Positions 1 through 12,756 are shown, counted from the stretch's first letter. The stretch: DNA of 64,000 nt from Octopus sinensis (GCF_006345805.1 NC_043014.1:48918001-48982000); one strand, 5' to 3'. Notes: generated from the sequence alone by a model not told the origin. Program-made: numbers and translations.

Positions 1-212
1 CCCTCGTGAAGCTGTGGGGAAGGGAGTGTAAAGAAATCAACGTCGTAATGCGTTGTGAAGGAAACCACGTTCTTTAGAACAACGACTTCATGGCTTGAAG
101 ACACCAAAACAAAAATGGCTAAGAAAGCCCGAATTTATAGGGAAGTAACTCTCTAAAAATGCTTATATAGTTATTTCCCTTACAAACCCGAGCAACGCCG
201 GGCGATACCTAT
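1..212 (+). mobile_element. Non-autonomous Helitron, 3' part (same family as 41286-41667)
   Basis: Subterminal hairpin CCCGAGCAACGCCGGG followed by a degenerate CTAG-like end and (TA)n. Its reverse complement matches 41290-41430. Confidence 0.75.
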
Positions 213-250
<38 letters not shown>

Positions 251-253
<3 letters not shown>

Positions 254-494
254 CACGTAAAAAGCGCCAACCGATCGTGGCCGTCTCCAGCCTCCTCTGG
301 CCCCTGTGCCAGTGACACATAAAAAGCATCCATTACAGCACAGAGTGGTTGGCGTTAGGAAGGGCATCCAGCTGTAGAAACACTGCTAGATCAAAATTGG
401 AGCCTGGTGCAGCCTCTTGGTTTCCCCAGACCCCAGTCGAATGTTCCTGCCCATGCTAGCATGGAAAACGGACATTAAACTATGATGATGATGA
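251..494 (+). mobile_element. RTE LINE 3' UTR fragment with (GAT)n tail; representative of many copies (e.g. 11670-11860-, 14821-15310-, 28775-29200+, 36808-37165+, 38805-39120-, 42815-43095+, 57315-57822+, 62165-62390+)
   Basis: Shared GAGTGGTTGGCGTTAGGAAGGGCATCCAGC...CCATGCTAGCATGGAAAACGGACG-(GAT)n. The same sequence follows RTE ORF2 at 43670-44512. Confidence 0.8.
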
Positions 495-516
495 TATATA
501 TATATATATGTATGTT

Positions 517-559
<43 letters not shown>

Positions 560-1317
560 TATAATATATATATAATATATATATATATCTATATATATAC
601 CTTTGTGTGATATGAGACCCAACCTTCTATGATTGTATGTCAGGTAATTTTGCGACATACAGTTGTATATCTTCAAATTCCATGTTCAAATCCTGTTGAG
701 ATTGAATTTGCCTTTCATCTTTCCAGGGTCCACAAAGCAAAATACCAGTAATATATTAGGGCCAATTAGAATACCAGTAATACACTGGGACCAATTAAAC
801 TGATTTGTTTATTTTTTTTGTGTCAGCTTGGTTGCAGTGCAGAGCTGTAAATTCCTCCCTAGACAGAAGTGGCGGGAGGGGAGCTGCAGGACTCAACATG
901 AAACCACACTTAGTGTATTTTGTCCCCCTTTGTCAGTCGGTACCCCGGGTACTACCCCACACATACCCAAAAGGAAGCAGTAGGGTGGGGGGTGGTGATG
1001 GTAGTGGTTGTGGTGTGCAGGTAGGGGATATTAGGTTTAAAGCGACATAGTTTAGTTTCAGCATTAAGTCTATTCCGATGGGGACGGGGTTAGAATTTTG
1101 TGTGGGGTGGGGGGGTGGAGAGAAGCCAGTTCTTGTCTTTGTTTGTTTTGTGTTATGAAAACAAATATTTGTAAAGGAGAAACTTGATGTTCAAAAGTTG
1201 AGAGAAGATCTCAGAGTGCAACGGGGTGGGGGGGAGAATTCAAAACAACTTTTAGTGTTTACATCTGACATAGTTTACATCGGGGACGGTGTGTGCATGT
1301 GTGTTGTACATGCATGC

Positions 1318-1349
<32 letters not shown>

Positions 1350-1812
1350 AAGTATCTGTGTGTGTATGTGTGTGTGCGTGCATACATATAGATATGCATG
1401 TGTGTGTAAGTGTGTGTGCGCGTACATATAGACATGCATGTGTGTGTATAAGTGTGTGTGAGTATACATATAGGCATTCATGTGTGTAAGTGTGTCGTGT
1501 GTGTGTGTATGTGTTTATGTATGTATATGTATGTGTGTGTGTAGTGGTGTATTTATATATGCTTTGTATGTCTCTATATTTATGTGTATGTGTTGTGTGT
1601 GCACACGCGTGCGTGTAAGTGCTTGTGTGCATGTGTGTGTGTGTATAAGTGTATGTTTGTGTGCGTGTGGTGTGTGTGTGTATGTATGTATATATATATT
1701 TCCAAGTAAATTTATCTATATATATATATAAATATATACATACAGGCACATATATATATATGTGTATGTATGTATGTAATTATATGAATCTGTGTTTGTG
1801 TGTGTATGTAAT

Positions 1813-1859
<47 letters not shown>

Positions 1860-2467
1860 GATGCATATGTATATATATACTATATATATATGTATATACA
1901 CATACACAAACACATATATGTATGTATGTACGTATGTATGTAATTATATGACTGTGTGTGTGTACTTTAGTCAAAAGGCAGTAAGTGATCCTTGGATTAC
2001 AGTTTTCGACTTACTTTCAAGTGGGTCGATGCCATTCTTGCTGTCCAACTTCCCACGGAAATTGGTGCCGAACTAGAAACAGAGAAAGTAAGGAGAGTTG
2101 CACTGAAGAATATGGCATGGTTAGCATTTGTCAAAGAATTTAATAAACAAAAGAGTTTGTCAGCCTCTTAGAGTAACCAGGATGAAAAATGGTAAATGTT
2201 ATGTTTTGTGGAACCAGAACACACACACACATACACACACGCACACACACAATTTTTACTCCCACATACACATATATATTCATACATATATATGAACATG
2301 CACACACACACACACATAAGTACGTGAGATGCACAATTACACACACACACATGCATACATGCACAAATATATAAGTACACAATTACACACATATACATAC
2401 ATGTACATACACACACCTATAAGGTATGACACCATTGGTATAGCAACAACAACAACAAAAACAGCAG

Positions 2468-2790
2468 TGGAGGCGCAATAGCCCAATGGTTAGGGCAGCG
2501 GACTCACGGTCGGAGGATCGCGGTTTCGATTCCCAGGCTGGGCGTTGTGTATGTTTATTGAGTAAAAACGCCTAAAGCTCCACGAGGCTTCAGCAGGGGA
2601 TGGTGGCAACCCCTGTTGTACTCTTTCGCTCCAACTTTCTCTCACTCTTTCTTCCTGTTTCTTGTCCCCGACTTTCTACGCAACTGCTGAGCCTGGATGC
2701 GCTTTCATCCATCCGTCGATGCTCTCGGTGTCGGGGGGGTTGACCTGCTTTCTCTTCTACGGGTCTTACAAATAGCAAAGGACCACGTTT
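2468..2790 (+). mobile_element. tRNA-derived SINE (GGAGGCGCAATGGCCCAGTGGTTAGGGC head); second copy 27891-28275
   Basis: A-box and B-box (GGTTTCGATTCCC), with two similar copies in the window. Confidence 0.75.
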
Positions 2791-3071
2791 CAGACTTCTC
2801 CCATCTTGCGAGCTCTGGGACAAAGACCATTCACTCAACAGCAACAGCTGCCGTCCAAGACTTTGGACCTGGAGATCTCCATTTCCAGCGACTTCGAGGG
2901 CCACCTCCCAGTGGTGTTGGGCATCAACGAAGAGCCCTCGACTACAACAAGAGGACCAAAGTTTGTTTTTTTTTCCAAGGTCTGGGGTCTCCTGCCCCTA
3001 AACTCTCGTCCATAACATTCATATCCATATTTCTAAAATAATATCGATTCAAAGGAAAACCAAACACTTAC

Positions 3072-3291
3072 TTCTCTCCGAAGAAGCAATGAGCAGCAGA
3101 CAGGACCCACTGGTCATTAATTAAAGAACCGCCACACCAATAAGTTCGGTAGACAGAGAATATTCCCAAAATTTTTTTAATCTCTGTTTTGGATTGTAAA
3201 GAAACCAGCCATGGTCTCATGCCTTCTTCGTAGGAATGGCCACCAATTAATGCCATCGATATTGGGTACTGATTCTCTGTCACATTGGGCC
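3072..3291 (-). CDS. Trypsin-like (S1) serine protease, second coding exon (activation segment LIGG, PWLVSL, CGGSLINDQWVLSAAHCF with catalytic His)
   Basis: Canonical S1 motifs, with an acceptor ttctaccag|GG and a donor AA|gtaagt. The Asp and Ser exons must lie beyond position 1. Confidence 0.93.
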
Positions 3292-3336
3292 CTGGTAGAA
3301 AGAAAACAAGTATTTAATAAATTTTAATAAATATCA

Positions 3337-3409
3337 GGTTTCGTGGTGTAGTGGTTATCACGTCTGCTTCACATGCAGAAGGCCGCGAGTTCGAGCCTCG
3401 CCGAAACCT
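3337..3409 (+). tRNA. tRNA-Val(CAC) gene or retrocopy
   Basis: 73-nt cloverleaf: acceptor GGTTTCG/CGAAACC, D arm, anticodon stem TCTGC/GCAGA with loop TT-CAC-AT, T arm GCGAG-TTCGAGC-CTCGC. It is followed by a repeat tail rather than an oligo-T terminator. Confidence 0.8.
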
Positions 3410-4789
3410 GGGAAGAAAATGGCGGTGCCCCAGCATGGCCACAGCTCGTATGCTGAAACTAGATGAAATAAAAAAAAAAATAATTAAAAAATCGGCACAG
3501 GCATGGCTGTGTCATAGGAAGCTTGCTTCTCAACCACATAATTCTGGGTTCAGTCCCACTGCGTGGCACCGTGGGCAAGTGTCTTCTGCTATAGCCTCAG
3601 GCTGACCAAAGCTTTGTAAATGGATTTGGTAGACAGAAACTGAAAGAAGCCTGTTGTGTCTGTGTGTCTTTGTGTCTGTGTTTGTCTCTTATCATCACTT
3701 GACAACTGTCATTGATGTGTTAACTTAGTGGTTCAGCAAGAGAGACTGATAGAATAAGTACTAGGCTTAAGAAATAAGTCTTGGGGTTAATTCGTTTGAC
3801 TAGAACCCTCCGAGGCAGTGCTCCAGCGTGGCCATAGTCAAATGACTGAAACAAGTAAAACAAAGAATAAAAGAATGGATATGTAGGTTTTAAATTTTGG
3901 CAGAAGGCCAGCAAGTTCAGGAGAGGGTGGAAGAGAATTATATTTACCCCAGTGTTTAACTGGTACTTATTTTATAGACCCCCAAAAGGATGGAAAGCAA
4001 AGTCGACCCCAGCGGCATTTGAACTCAACAGAAAGCCAGAAGAAATGCCGCAAAGCATTTTCTCTGGATTCTGCCAGTTCACTTCTTTATAGTAAATAAA
4101 TAGGTTAAAATAATAATATATAGGTATGACGTTAAACTATATCCAGTAATGAGGCCCTCGTTTGGGAGTTCCAGGCTTTTGAGGAGAGTTGAACCACCTC
4201 TTAAGCATTATTGCTCTCAGATCTACTCTGAGCCAGAGTTATAGCACCTATCAGAATCCTAGATATGAGTTAAATAGCATATCATGGATTTCCCTCCTGA
4301 AGAAAGTCTGTCACAGACAGCCTAACAGATCTAGGGCAGGTGGGACTCTTCAGCTCTTTAGCTGCTCCTCCAAGAGAAGGTAACTCTATACAGGTCCTAC
4401 ATCCCAATAACTACCAAGCTCATAGCACTCCTATCATATTTTAACTTCTCATTATCTCACCTAGAATTACTTCCCTTTCCATAATTCTCTCTGGCATGGG
4501 AGCTCTTTAATATTACAAGTTACAAATTAAGAAAAAGGAACCAGTATAATTTCTAAAGTGGTTGGCATTAGGAAGGGCATTCAGGTGCAGAAACTGTGCC
4601 AACCGTGAGACATTAGAGCAAGATGACATCTGCTGACTGGCTGAGTTCTATTGAATTCTCCAATTCGTAACAATATAGAAGGTGGACATAAAATGATGAT
4701 GATATACATACATGTGCACACACACATAAAGATATATATATATATATTCCCTCAAATAATAATTATTATATGTATATATATATATATAA

Positions 4790-5284
4790 TTATTATTTGA
4801 GGGAATAAAAATCCAAACTTACAGGGAAAAAAATTCAATTTAGAAATACTAAATCAAATTTCACACAATATAATATATATATAAAAAATTAGAAAAAAAC
4901 ACCTTTTATTAATTCAAAATAAACAATTAACTTAATTAAATTAAATTAAATTTCTAGATGGTGCAATTTAATTGTTCATTTTGAATTGATAAAAGGTGGT
5001 TTTTTTCTAATTTTATATATATATATCGGTGATTGTCGTGTGCTGATGACGGGTAAATATCCAGAAACCCGGATCCATATGTATCACGTCAGGTCGACAA
5101 TTGGAAGAATGGCTTCCCTTTGCAAATACTGATAGGGCACAGAAAGTGTGTCAATAGCCAGCTGGAGAAGATGTTCTCCTGGGGCTACAAGCTACAGTAG
5201 CATCCACCCTTAGTGGTTAGCCACATTTAAGTGGCAAATATACTTCACAATGTCGTGCAGCTACTGCTTATACCTTGTTCAGAG

Positions 5285-5320
<36 letters not shown>

Positions 5321-5585
5321 ATTCTACCAATTATATACGTTTTTATTATTTTTTTTGCAATTTACTTAATTATTGATATTTTATTGTTATTTAAATTTTA
5401 ATATTTCTATTATATGTAATTTCTGGTGGTGTAATTAATTTAAGTGTCATTTTGAATTGATAAAGGTGGGTTTTTTCTAAATTTACTTATATATATATAT
5501 TATATTGTGTGAAATTTGATTAGTATTTCTAAATTGAATTTTTTTCCCTGTAAGTTTGGATTAATATTCCCTCAAATAATAATAA
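4790..5585. repeat. Inverted repeat (4790-4920 vs ~5450-5585) with partial extra copies
   Basis: TTATTTGAGGGAATA..ATCCAAACTTACAGGGAAAAA.. is mirrored at the other end. Related sequence occurs at 54100-54140. Confidence 0.8.
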
Positions 5586-6189
5586 CTATTATATATATAT
5601 ATATATTTTAAAATGTGACCTTATGTGTACCATTGGCGATTTTTTCCGTCTCTCTTCCCTTCTCTGGATCTTTCTTTCTATGTTTCCGACGAAGAGTTCC
5701 ACTCGAAACGTTAAACCCTTCTTCTTTCCTTCTTTCCTGAGCGTCCAATAATACTATACTTGTTTCATCTCCTTGCGTTGTTGTGTTTTTTTGTGCTTTC
5801 CTGTTTGGATTAACTATATATATATATATGAAGGTATGAAATACATACATTGAGGTGGTACATGTATAAGGACATACATGCATATATTAACATATTTAAA
5901 TACATACATGCATAGATTAAATATATTACGTCTTGCCCCCCACTGCTGACCCTGCCTCTCCTCCACTTCATCCTTTTCCCTCTTTTTCTTCTTCACATTC
6001 CTCTCTCTCTGGATGATGTGACTCAACCGGAGCGAATACTTGACAATATGCTAGGGAGGCCTTCATTCATTTCCCTTGTGTCTAGAACCTTTCTGGCTGG
6101 CCATTATGTGTCAATAAAGGAATCTCTAATTGATTGCTCGACCTGTTAGAAATGGCAGCCGGAAATTCCCTCAAATTCGCACATGGGCA

Positions 6190-6245
<56 letters not shown>

Positions 6246-6467
6246 ACTCACACACACACTCATACACACACTCACACATTCACATATACAAACACATACA
6301 AACACACATACACACATACACACACACACACAAACACATTCACACATACAAACACACACACACATACACACACACTCACACATACAAACACACACACACA
6401 TACACACACGCTCACACATACAAACACACACACACACACAGAAACACACACACTCACACACTCACAC

Positions 6468-6503
<36 letters not shown>

Positions 6504-6972
6504 CACACACACAAATACACACACACACTCACACACTTACACACACTCACACATACAAACACACACACACACAAACACACACACACACGCACACACACGC
6601 ACACACCGCCAACCGTCTGAGGAACAGCAAAGAAGAAAAAAAACGACATCAAGAATACAGGTGTAGAACATCAATAATAAGGACCTTCCCCGCTTTAAAC
6701 AACAACCCCATAGACATTGACGGCCAAGTGGCAGGTGGAATGTCTTTGATCCTACACAGACCTGTTCGACCAAAGACTAACCTGTGGCTATAACAATAAC
6801 AACAACAGACAACTTAGGACACATTTCCAAACTAATTTGTATATGCAAAATGACATTAAAACAAAGCAATTTCCTTGTCCCCCTCTTTGCACCCCCGACC
6901 TCACACACCTGTCCCGAAAGAAAAAAAAAACAGTAAAGAAAAAGAAGAAAAAAGTTTAGTTGAGTTAATTAC

Positions 6973-7057
6973 TTGGTTTAGCAGTCGTTATGGCAATTAT
7001 CATCAGCATCACCAAGACCAGCGCCAGCATTCGGCTAAGTTCTCTCAATGCTGACAT
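6973..7057 (-). CDS. Trypsin-like (S1) serine protease, first coding exon (signal peptide MSALRELSRMLALVLVMLMIIAITTAKP)
   Basis: ATG at 7057 and a hydrophobic signal peptide. The exon is 85 nt (phase 1) and ends at a GT donor (A|gtaatt) in frame with the next exon. A polypyrimidine-CAG acceptor at 7117 implies a further upstream UTR exon. Confidence 0.8.
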
Positions 7058-8302
7058 TTTCTTTTCTTTCTCTGGGGGGTCGGGTTTTTTTTTTTCCTTC
7101 TCCCTTTTTTTGTCAACTGAAAATAAAAAAAATTATAAAAGGGAAATATATAATTTAATTACTTTCTTCAAATAGAACGACTGATGAGGTGAGGTGGGGG
7201 TGGGGGTGGAGTGGAGTGTGATGTGGTGGTGGGGGGAGGGGTGAAAGGAAAGGGGAAGAAAAAGGGGGCAGTGCAATTAGCCAATCGGAGGCAAGTTGCA
7301 ATGACTACTACTACTACTACTACCACCACCACCACCACTACCACTTCTACAACACTTACCATTAGTAGTAGTAGTAGTAGTAGTAGTACTACCACTACTA
7401 CCACCACCACCACCACTACTACTACTACTACTATTACTACCACTACTACTACTACTACTACTGCTGCTGCTACTGTCTATACCATCACCACTACCACCAT
7501 CACCACAATCTCCATTACCACCACATCACCACCAGCACCACCAGTACCACACCACTATCGCCATTATCACCATGATCTCCATTACCACCGCAATCACCAC
7601 CACCTCCACCATCACCAACACCACCACCACCACTATCGTACTCACCACCACCACCACTAGTGCCATTGCCACCATCATCACCATCATCACCACAATCTCC
7701 ATTACCACCACCACCACCATCACCAACACCACCACCATCATCACCGCCGCCACCATCACCACTCTCAACATGATCTAGAAATGGCAACCAAATCTCCCTC
7801 AAATTCCACCACACTGCCTTTGAGAATAAGTTAAAGGATCCATAACATTGGATAATGTAGTCCTAGATGTGCTATGTCTGTCTGTCTGTCTGTCTGCCTG
7901 TCTGTTTGCTTGCCTGTCCTGTCTGTCAGTCAGTCTGTCTGTCTGTCTGTCAGTTTGCCTAGGAAAAATAAAATGAAATACAATAAAATAAAGGAACAAA
8001 AGAACGGACTGGGATTGTCATGGCCGGATTGTCTTCGATCATTACATATACGTTGGGTCAGAACTGACCCCGGGTTAAATGACAACAGTAACCGGTACTA
8101 CTACCATCACTGCTGCCACCACCACAGCCGCCGCCACCACCACTACCAATACAACCACCACCACCACCACCACCAGCACAACTACTACCACCACCACCAA
8201 CACAAACACCACCACCACCACTACCACCACTACCACCACCACCACCACAACTACCACCACCACCACCACCACTACCACACCACCACCACTACTACTACCA
8301 CC

Positions 8303-8343
<41 letters not shown>

Positions 8344-8539
8344 CATCACTACTACTACTATAGAGTAATTTGCTTCTTTATTGGTGTCTGGAAGATTTGG
8401 CTGTTATTGTCCCCATCTGTCATTTTAATGAGTCTGTCTGTCCTTCTGTCCTTCTTTCCTTATGTCCTTCTGTCTGTCTGTCTGTCACTTTCTCACTCTC
8501 TCATTCTCTCTCACTCTCTTATTCTCTCTCTCTCTCTCT

Positions 8540-8639
8540 NNNNNNNNNNNNNNNNNNNNNNNNNNNNNNNNNNNNNNNNNNNNNNNNNNNNNNNNNNNNN
8601 NNNNNNNNNNNNNNNNNNNNNNNNNNNNNNNNNNNNNNN
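8540..8639. other. Assembly gap (100 N)
   Basis: Run of N. Confidence 1.
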
Positions 8640-8749
8640 GTACACCACGAACGTCATCATCATCACATCATCATTTTAATGCCCTCTTTACCAGGCTTGC
8701 ATAGATTGAGGCAGAGCTTCAATGGCTGAATACCTTTCCTGTAGATACA

Positions 8750-9122
8750 TATTAAAAATTATTAACCATTGCGCCAACAACCACATTTAGCACCTTTTTG
8801 AACACCATGTGTCTAACACACATGGGCATGCCTACAAAATTAGAAAACAGCACAGCTCCCATGACTTTCGGAAACATTTCTTCACACTCAGGAGTTGCTG
8901 AAGCATGGAACAAACTACCTGCATCAGTTGTTAATTGCCAAGACATTGCATCCTTTAAAACCTCCATGCTTCCTAAAATTCGCCAACACTACACCTGATA
9001 TCTCCCCCTCCATATGCATGCACACATGTATATCATGACTCATACACTGTTCACTTTCCTGACTTTGGTACATAATTCTTTGATGAGTTGTAGTGCACCA
9101 AAGCATTATACACAATAATTTC
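8750..9122 (+). mobile_element. CR1/L2-type LINE 3' end (degenerate)
   Basis: Encodes ..AEAWNKLPASVVNC..FKTSML..IRQHYT*, the same family as the other copies. Confidence 0.75.
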
Positions 9123-9123
9123 G

Positions 9124-9530
9124 CAGGAGTGGCTGTGTGGTAAGTAGCTTGCTTACCAACCACATGGTTCTGGGTTCAGTCCCACTGCATGGCATCTTGG
9201 GCAAGTGTCTTCTGCTATAGCCCCGGGCCGACCAATGCCTTGTGAGTGGATTTGGTAGACGGAAACTGAAAGAAGCCTGTCGTATATAGTGTATATATAT
9301 ATAAGTGTGTGGTGTATATGTTTGTGTGTCTGTGTTTGTTCCCCCTACATTGCTTGACAACCGATGCTGGTGTGTTTACAATCCCCGTCACTTAGCGGTT
9401 CGGCAAAAGAGACCGATAGATAAGTACTGGGGTTACAAAGAATAAGTCCCGGGGTCGATTTGCTCGACTAAAGGCGGTGCTCCAGCATGGCCGCAGTCAA
9501 ATGACTGAAACAAGTAAAAGAGTAATGAGT
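9124..9530 (+). mobile_element. Major tRNA-headed SINE (CORE-like central motif); representative of >10 copies (3497-3875+, 18497-19100-, 23861-24262-, 33905-34550+, 39790-40178-, 53000-53365+, 53625-54050-, 58352-58590+)
   Basis: GGAGTGGCTGTGTGGTAAG head, GGTTCAGTCCC B-box, ACCTTGGGCAAGTG core-like motif, internal TA/TG tract and GACTGAAACAAGTAAAAGAG tail. Confidence 0.85.
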
Positions 9531-9545
9531 ATACATACATACATA

Positions 9546-10027
9546 CAGAGTGGCCCAAAAGTAAGTTTACAGCTATTCAACTATCTCTTTATCATTCATA
9601 TAGTAACAGTTTAAAAAAAAAAATGCACCCTTTTAAAGCCTAGCCAGTCTCATGGGCCCGGTTTCCCAGTTTCTATGGCGTATGTGTTCCCCAGCTGAAT
9701 GGGACACCAGTCCATCGCAGTGTTACTCATTTTTGCCAGCTGAGTGGACTGGAGCAACATGAAATGAAGTGTTTTGCTCAAGAACACAACGCGTCGCCCG
9801 GTCCAGGAATCGAAACCACAATCTTACGATCATGATGTCGACACCCTAACCACTAAGCCACGTGCCTCCACAGTAACAGTTTAGATCTTAATTATAAAAA
9901 CATATGAAACCATTATTCTATGCTAATTTAGTTAATTGTAAGAGAGAAATTTAAATGTAATAAAATGTTTTAAAAGAAATTTAAAGTGCCTGTTTGATAA
10001 CTGTAAACCTAATTTGGGGCCACCCTG
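9546..10027. mobile_element. Tc1/mariner-type MITE with nested SINE
   Basis: TIRs CAGAGTGGCCCAAAAGTAAGTTTACAG / CTGTAAACCTAATTTGGGGCCACCCTG, flanked by TA on both sides. Confidence 0.8.
9614..9871 (-). mobile_element. tRNA-headed SINE with V-domain-like motif (other copies ~13030-13220-, ~45990-46160+)
   Basis: A/B boxes, GCGATGGACTGGTGTCCC motif, and a 12-bp TSD AGTAACAGTTTA at 9602-9613 and 9872-9883. Confidence 0.8.
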
Positions 10028-10317
10028 TACGTACATACAAACTTTCCAGAAGTTTATCATTTAAGTATATATAAAGATGTCTAAATGTGCAAGTATATGC
10101 ATGAAAAGACATACATAAAACAAAACATACAAATCTGTACGTATACATGCATACATACATACATACATACATACATACATACATACTACATACAAAAATA
10201 CCTTGTTGATGTTGTTGGAATTCTAATGAAGGAGTCTTGGATCTAGGTTAGAAATTGACTCTTTCTCTATTGACAAGAAATCTTGAAAAGAAACTGAATA
10301 GTGATATACACACTTAC

Positions 10318-10376
<59 letters not shown>

Positions 10377-10898
10377 CACATATGTACACACATGCACATG
10401 CACACACACACACATATACACACACTTATATATATTTATATACATGATACATATTTATATATACACACACACACACATGGAGAGAGAGAGTGAGAAAGAG
10501 AGTGAGAGGGAGAGACAGAGAGAGCCAGAAGAGAGACAGAGAGAGACAGAAGAGAGACATAAGTTAGAATTGCTACCTTGTTGTAATGCGTATCACGTTT
10601 AAATTTATATTATATAATTCATGTGACAAGTTTATATTATATAACCAACATCCTGTCATGGCTATATCTTATATAACCAACATCATGTGAGTCACACAAG
10701 CCCACTGGCATTGTGGTGTGGTGTGTGTGTGTTTGTATTGTTATATCTATCTATCTAGCTAGCTGCACTATATATATATAGATATAATATAATATATATA
10801 TATTATATATATAATATATATATATATTATAGATATATAGTATATATATATATATATATAATATATCAAAATAAGCAACAAGTCTATCTTCGGTAATT

Positions 10899-10983
10899 TG
10901 GTACGATCGTTTCATGCTACTTCATTTTTATTAAACATTGTAAGTATTACATCAGTTTTGAAAATGTTGGCAATCTTCAGCCA
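10899..10983 (-). ncRNA. Type I hammerhead ribozyme motif with palindromic stem III
   Basis: TGG-CTGAAGA-TTGC..CATTTT..AAAATG..GCAT-GAAA-CGATCG-TA-CCA. Confidence 0.6.
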
Positions 10984-12708
10984 TTTATAGAAATCTTCCA
11001 TCAAACAGACAATACATATACTTATTTCCATTTCGTTTGCTAACATTTGAATCTAAATTTTGCTGGACTTATACATACATATATATATCATCATCATCAT
11101 CATCATCTTTTAACATCTGTTGTCCATGCTAGCATGTTTTGGACAGTTTGACCAGGGATGATTTGGTATGGTATGGTGCCCTTCCTAAAGCCAACCACTC
11201 TTAGAGTGTAATGAGTGATTTTACATGCCACCGGCATGGGTGCCAGTTGTGTGACACCAGTATCTGCCATGACTACGATTTCACTTGGCCTGATGGGACT
11301 TCTTCTCAAGCACGGCAGGTGCCAGTTACGTGATAATGGCATCGGCTACATTGCTTCTATGAGACCCAATGCTCGAAAGGTGGTTTTTACATGCCAACGG
11401 CAGAGGTGCCAGTTTTGTGCCATTGGCATTGGTCACATTGCTTCCGTGAGGACCAACACTCAACAGGTGCTTTTTACATGCCATCAGCATAGGTACCAGG
11501 TGTGCAACACCAGCATTGGCTACACTTCCTCGGTGAGGAATATATATATATATATATGCCATATACAATACAATACCATATACATATATACCACATACAA
11601 TTCCTCTGTGAGGAAATTATATATAATATATATATATTATATATATAATATATATATATATATATACAATCATCATCATCGTTTAACGTCCGTTTCCATG
11701 CTGGCATGGGTTGGACGGTTCAACTGGGGTCTGGGAAGCCAGAAGCTGCACCAGGCTCCAGTCTGATCTGGCAGTGTTTCTATAACTGGATGCCCTTCCT
11801 AACGCCAACCACTCCATAAGTGTAGTGGGTGCTTTTTACATGCCACCAGCACAGGTATCACATATATATATATATATATATATAAATTAGAAAAAACATA
11901 TCTATATATTATAATCAAATAAAAATAACCAAAGAACTCAAAGTATATTTCTGTACAACAAGATGGGGAATGAACCAAGGAATTGTAATATAGTTTGGGT
12001 TTCATTTGGTTGGGTACTACACTTGTGTAGGTCACCAAGTACACAAAGTAAGTTGAGCAGGAGAGCTTGTTTATATAATATTTAACTAATTATTAGATAA
12101 ACAAATCTCCCTGTTTTCTTTTACTTTCTATACACATGTGTATACATATATATACATATACACACACATATACACAATGTATGTATATATATATAGTGAT
12201 AATGTACAAAAAACAAAAGACGAAGAAGGGTGTTTAAACAACAAACAGATGTATGTGTGTGTATATATATATATGTATGTGTGTGTACATATATGTGTGT
12301 GTGGTGTGGGTGCGTATGTTATGTATCTGTAAGTATATGTTTATATATGTATGTGTGTGTGTATATATATATAGATAAATAGATAGACATAGATATAGAT
12401 ATGTACATATGTATATATATCCATATATATATATGTGTGTGTATGTGTGTATACATACATTTATATGTACTTTAAACATTATTTGATTAAAATAATTTGT
12501 ATAACATAATATATACATGTGTGTGTATGCATAATATATGCATGTGTGTGTATGCATATATACATATATATGTAAATATATATACATACACACTCACTCA
12601 TATGCACACACACACACACACACACACAGAAAAGTAAAATGGTGCTACTTGTAAAATTTTGTCTCAGGCACTTGTTAAAAGCATAGACTTGCTCAGAATG
12701 TCAGCAGA

Positions 12709-12756
12709 CCATCAGACACTCATGTTTCAACCTCGTTTAGTCTCTTCAGTGACAAA
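12709..12756 (-). ncRNA. Type I hammerhead ribozyme motif (intact core)
   Basis: TTGTCA-CTGAAGA-GACTAAACGAGGTT-GAAA-CATGAGTG-TC-TGATGG: stems I, II and III plus a GUC cleavage triplet. Confidence 0.6.

Noticed and set aside
1252-2416. Many long ORFs rich in HT/YI/CV repeats (here and across the window)
   Set aside because: They are translations of (CA)n/(TA)n microsatellites, with no domain content or splice support.
2468-2545. tRNA-like heads of SINEs as tRNA genes
   Set aside because: The cloverleaf is incomplete and continuous with the SINE body; present in multiple diverged copies.
7168-8368. Poly-Thr/His/Val ORFs resembling mucin or His-rich proteins (also 22631-23194, 36024-36386, 37957-38835)
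   Set aside because: Trinucleotide microsatellites that are open in several frames on both strands.
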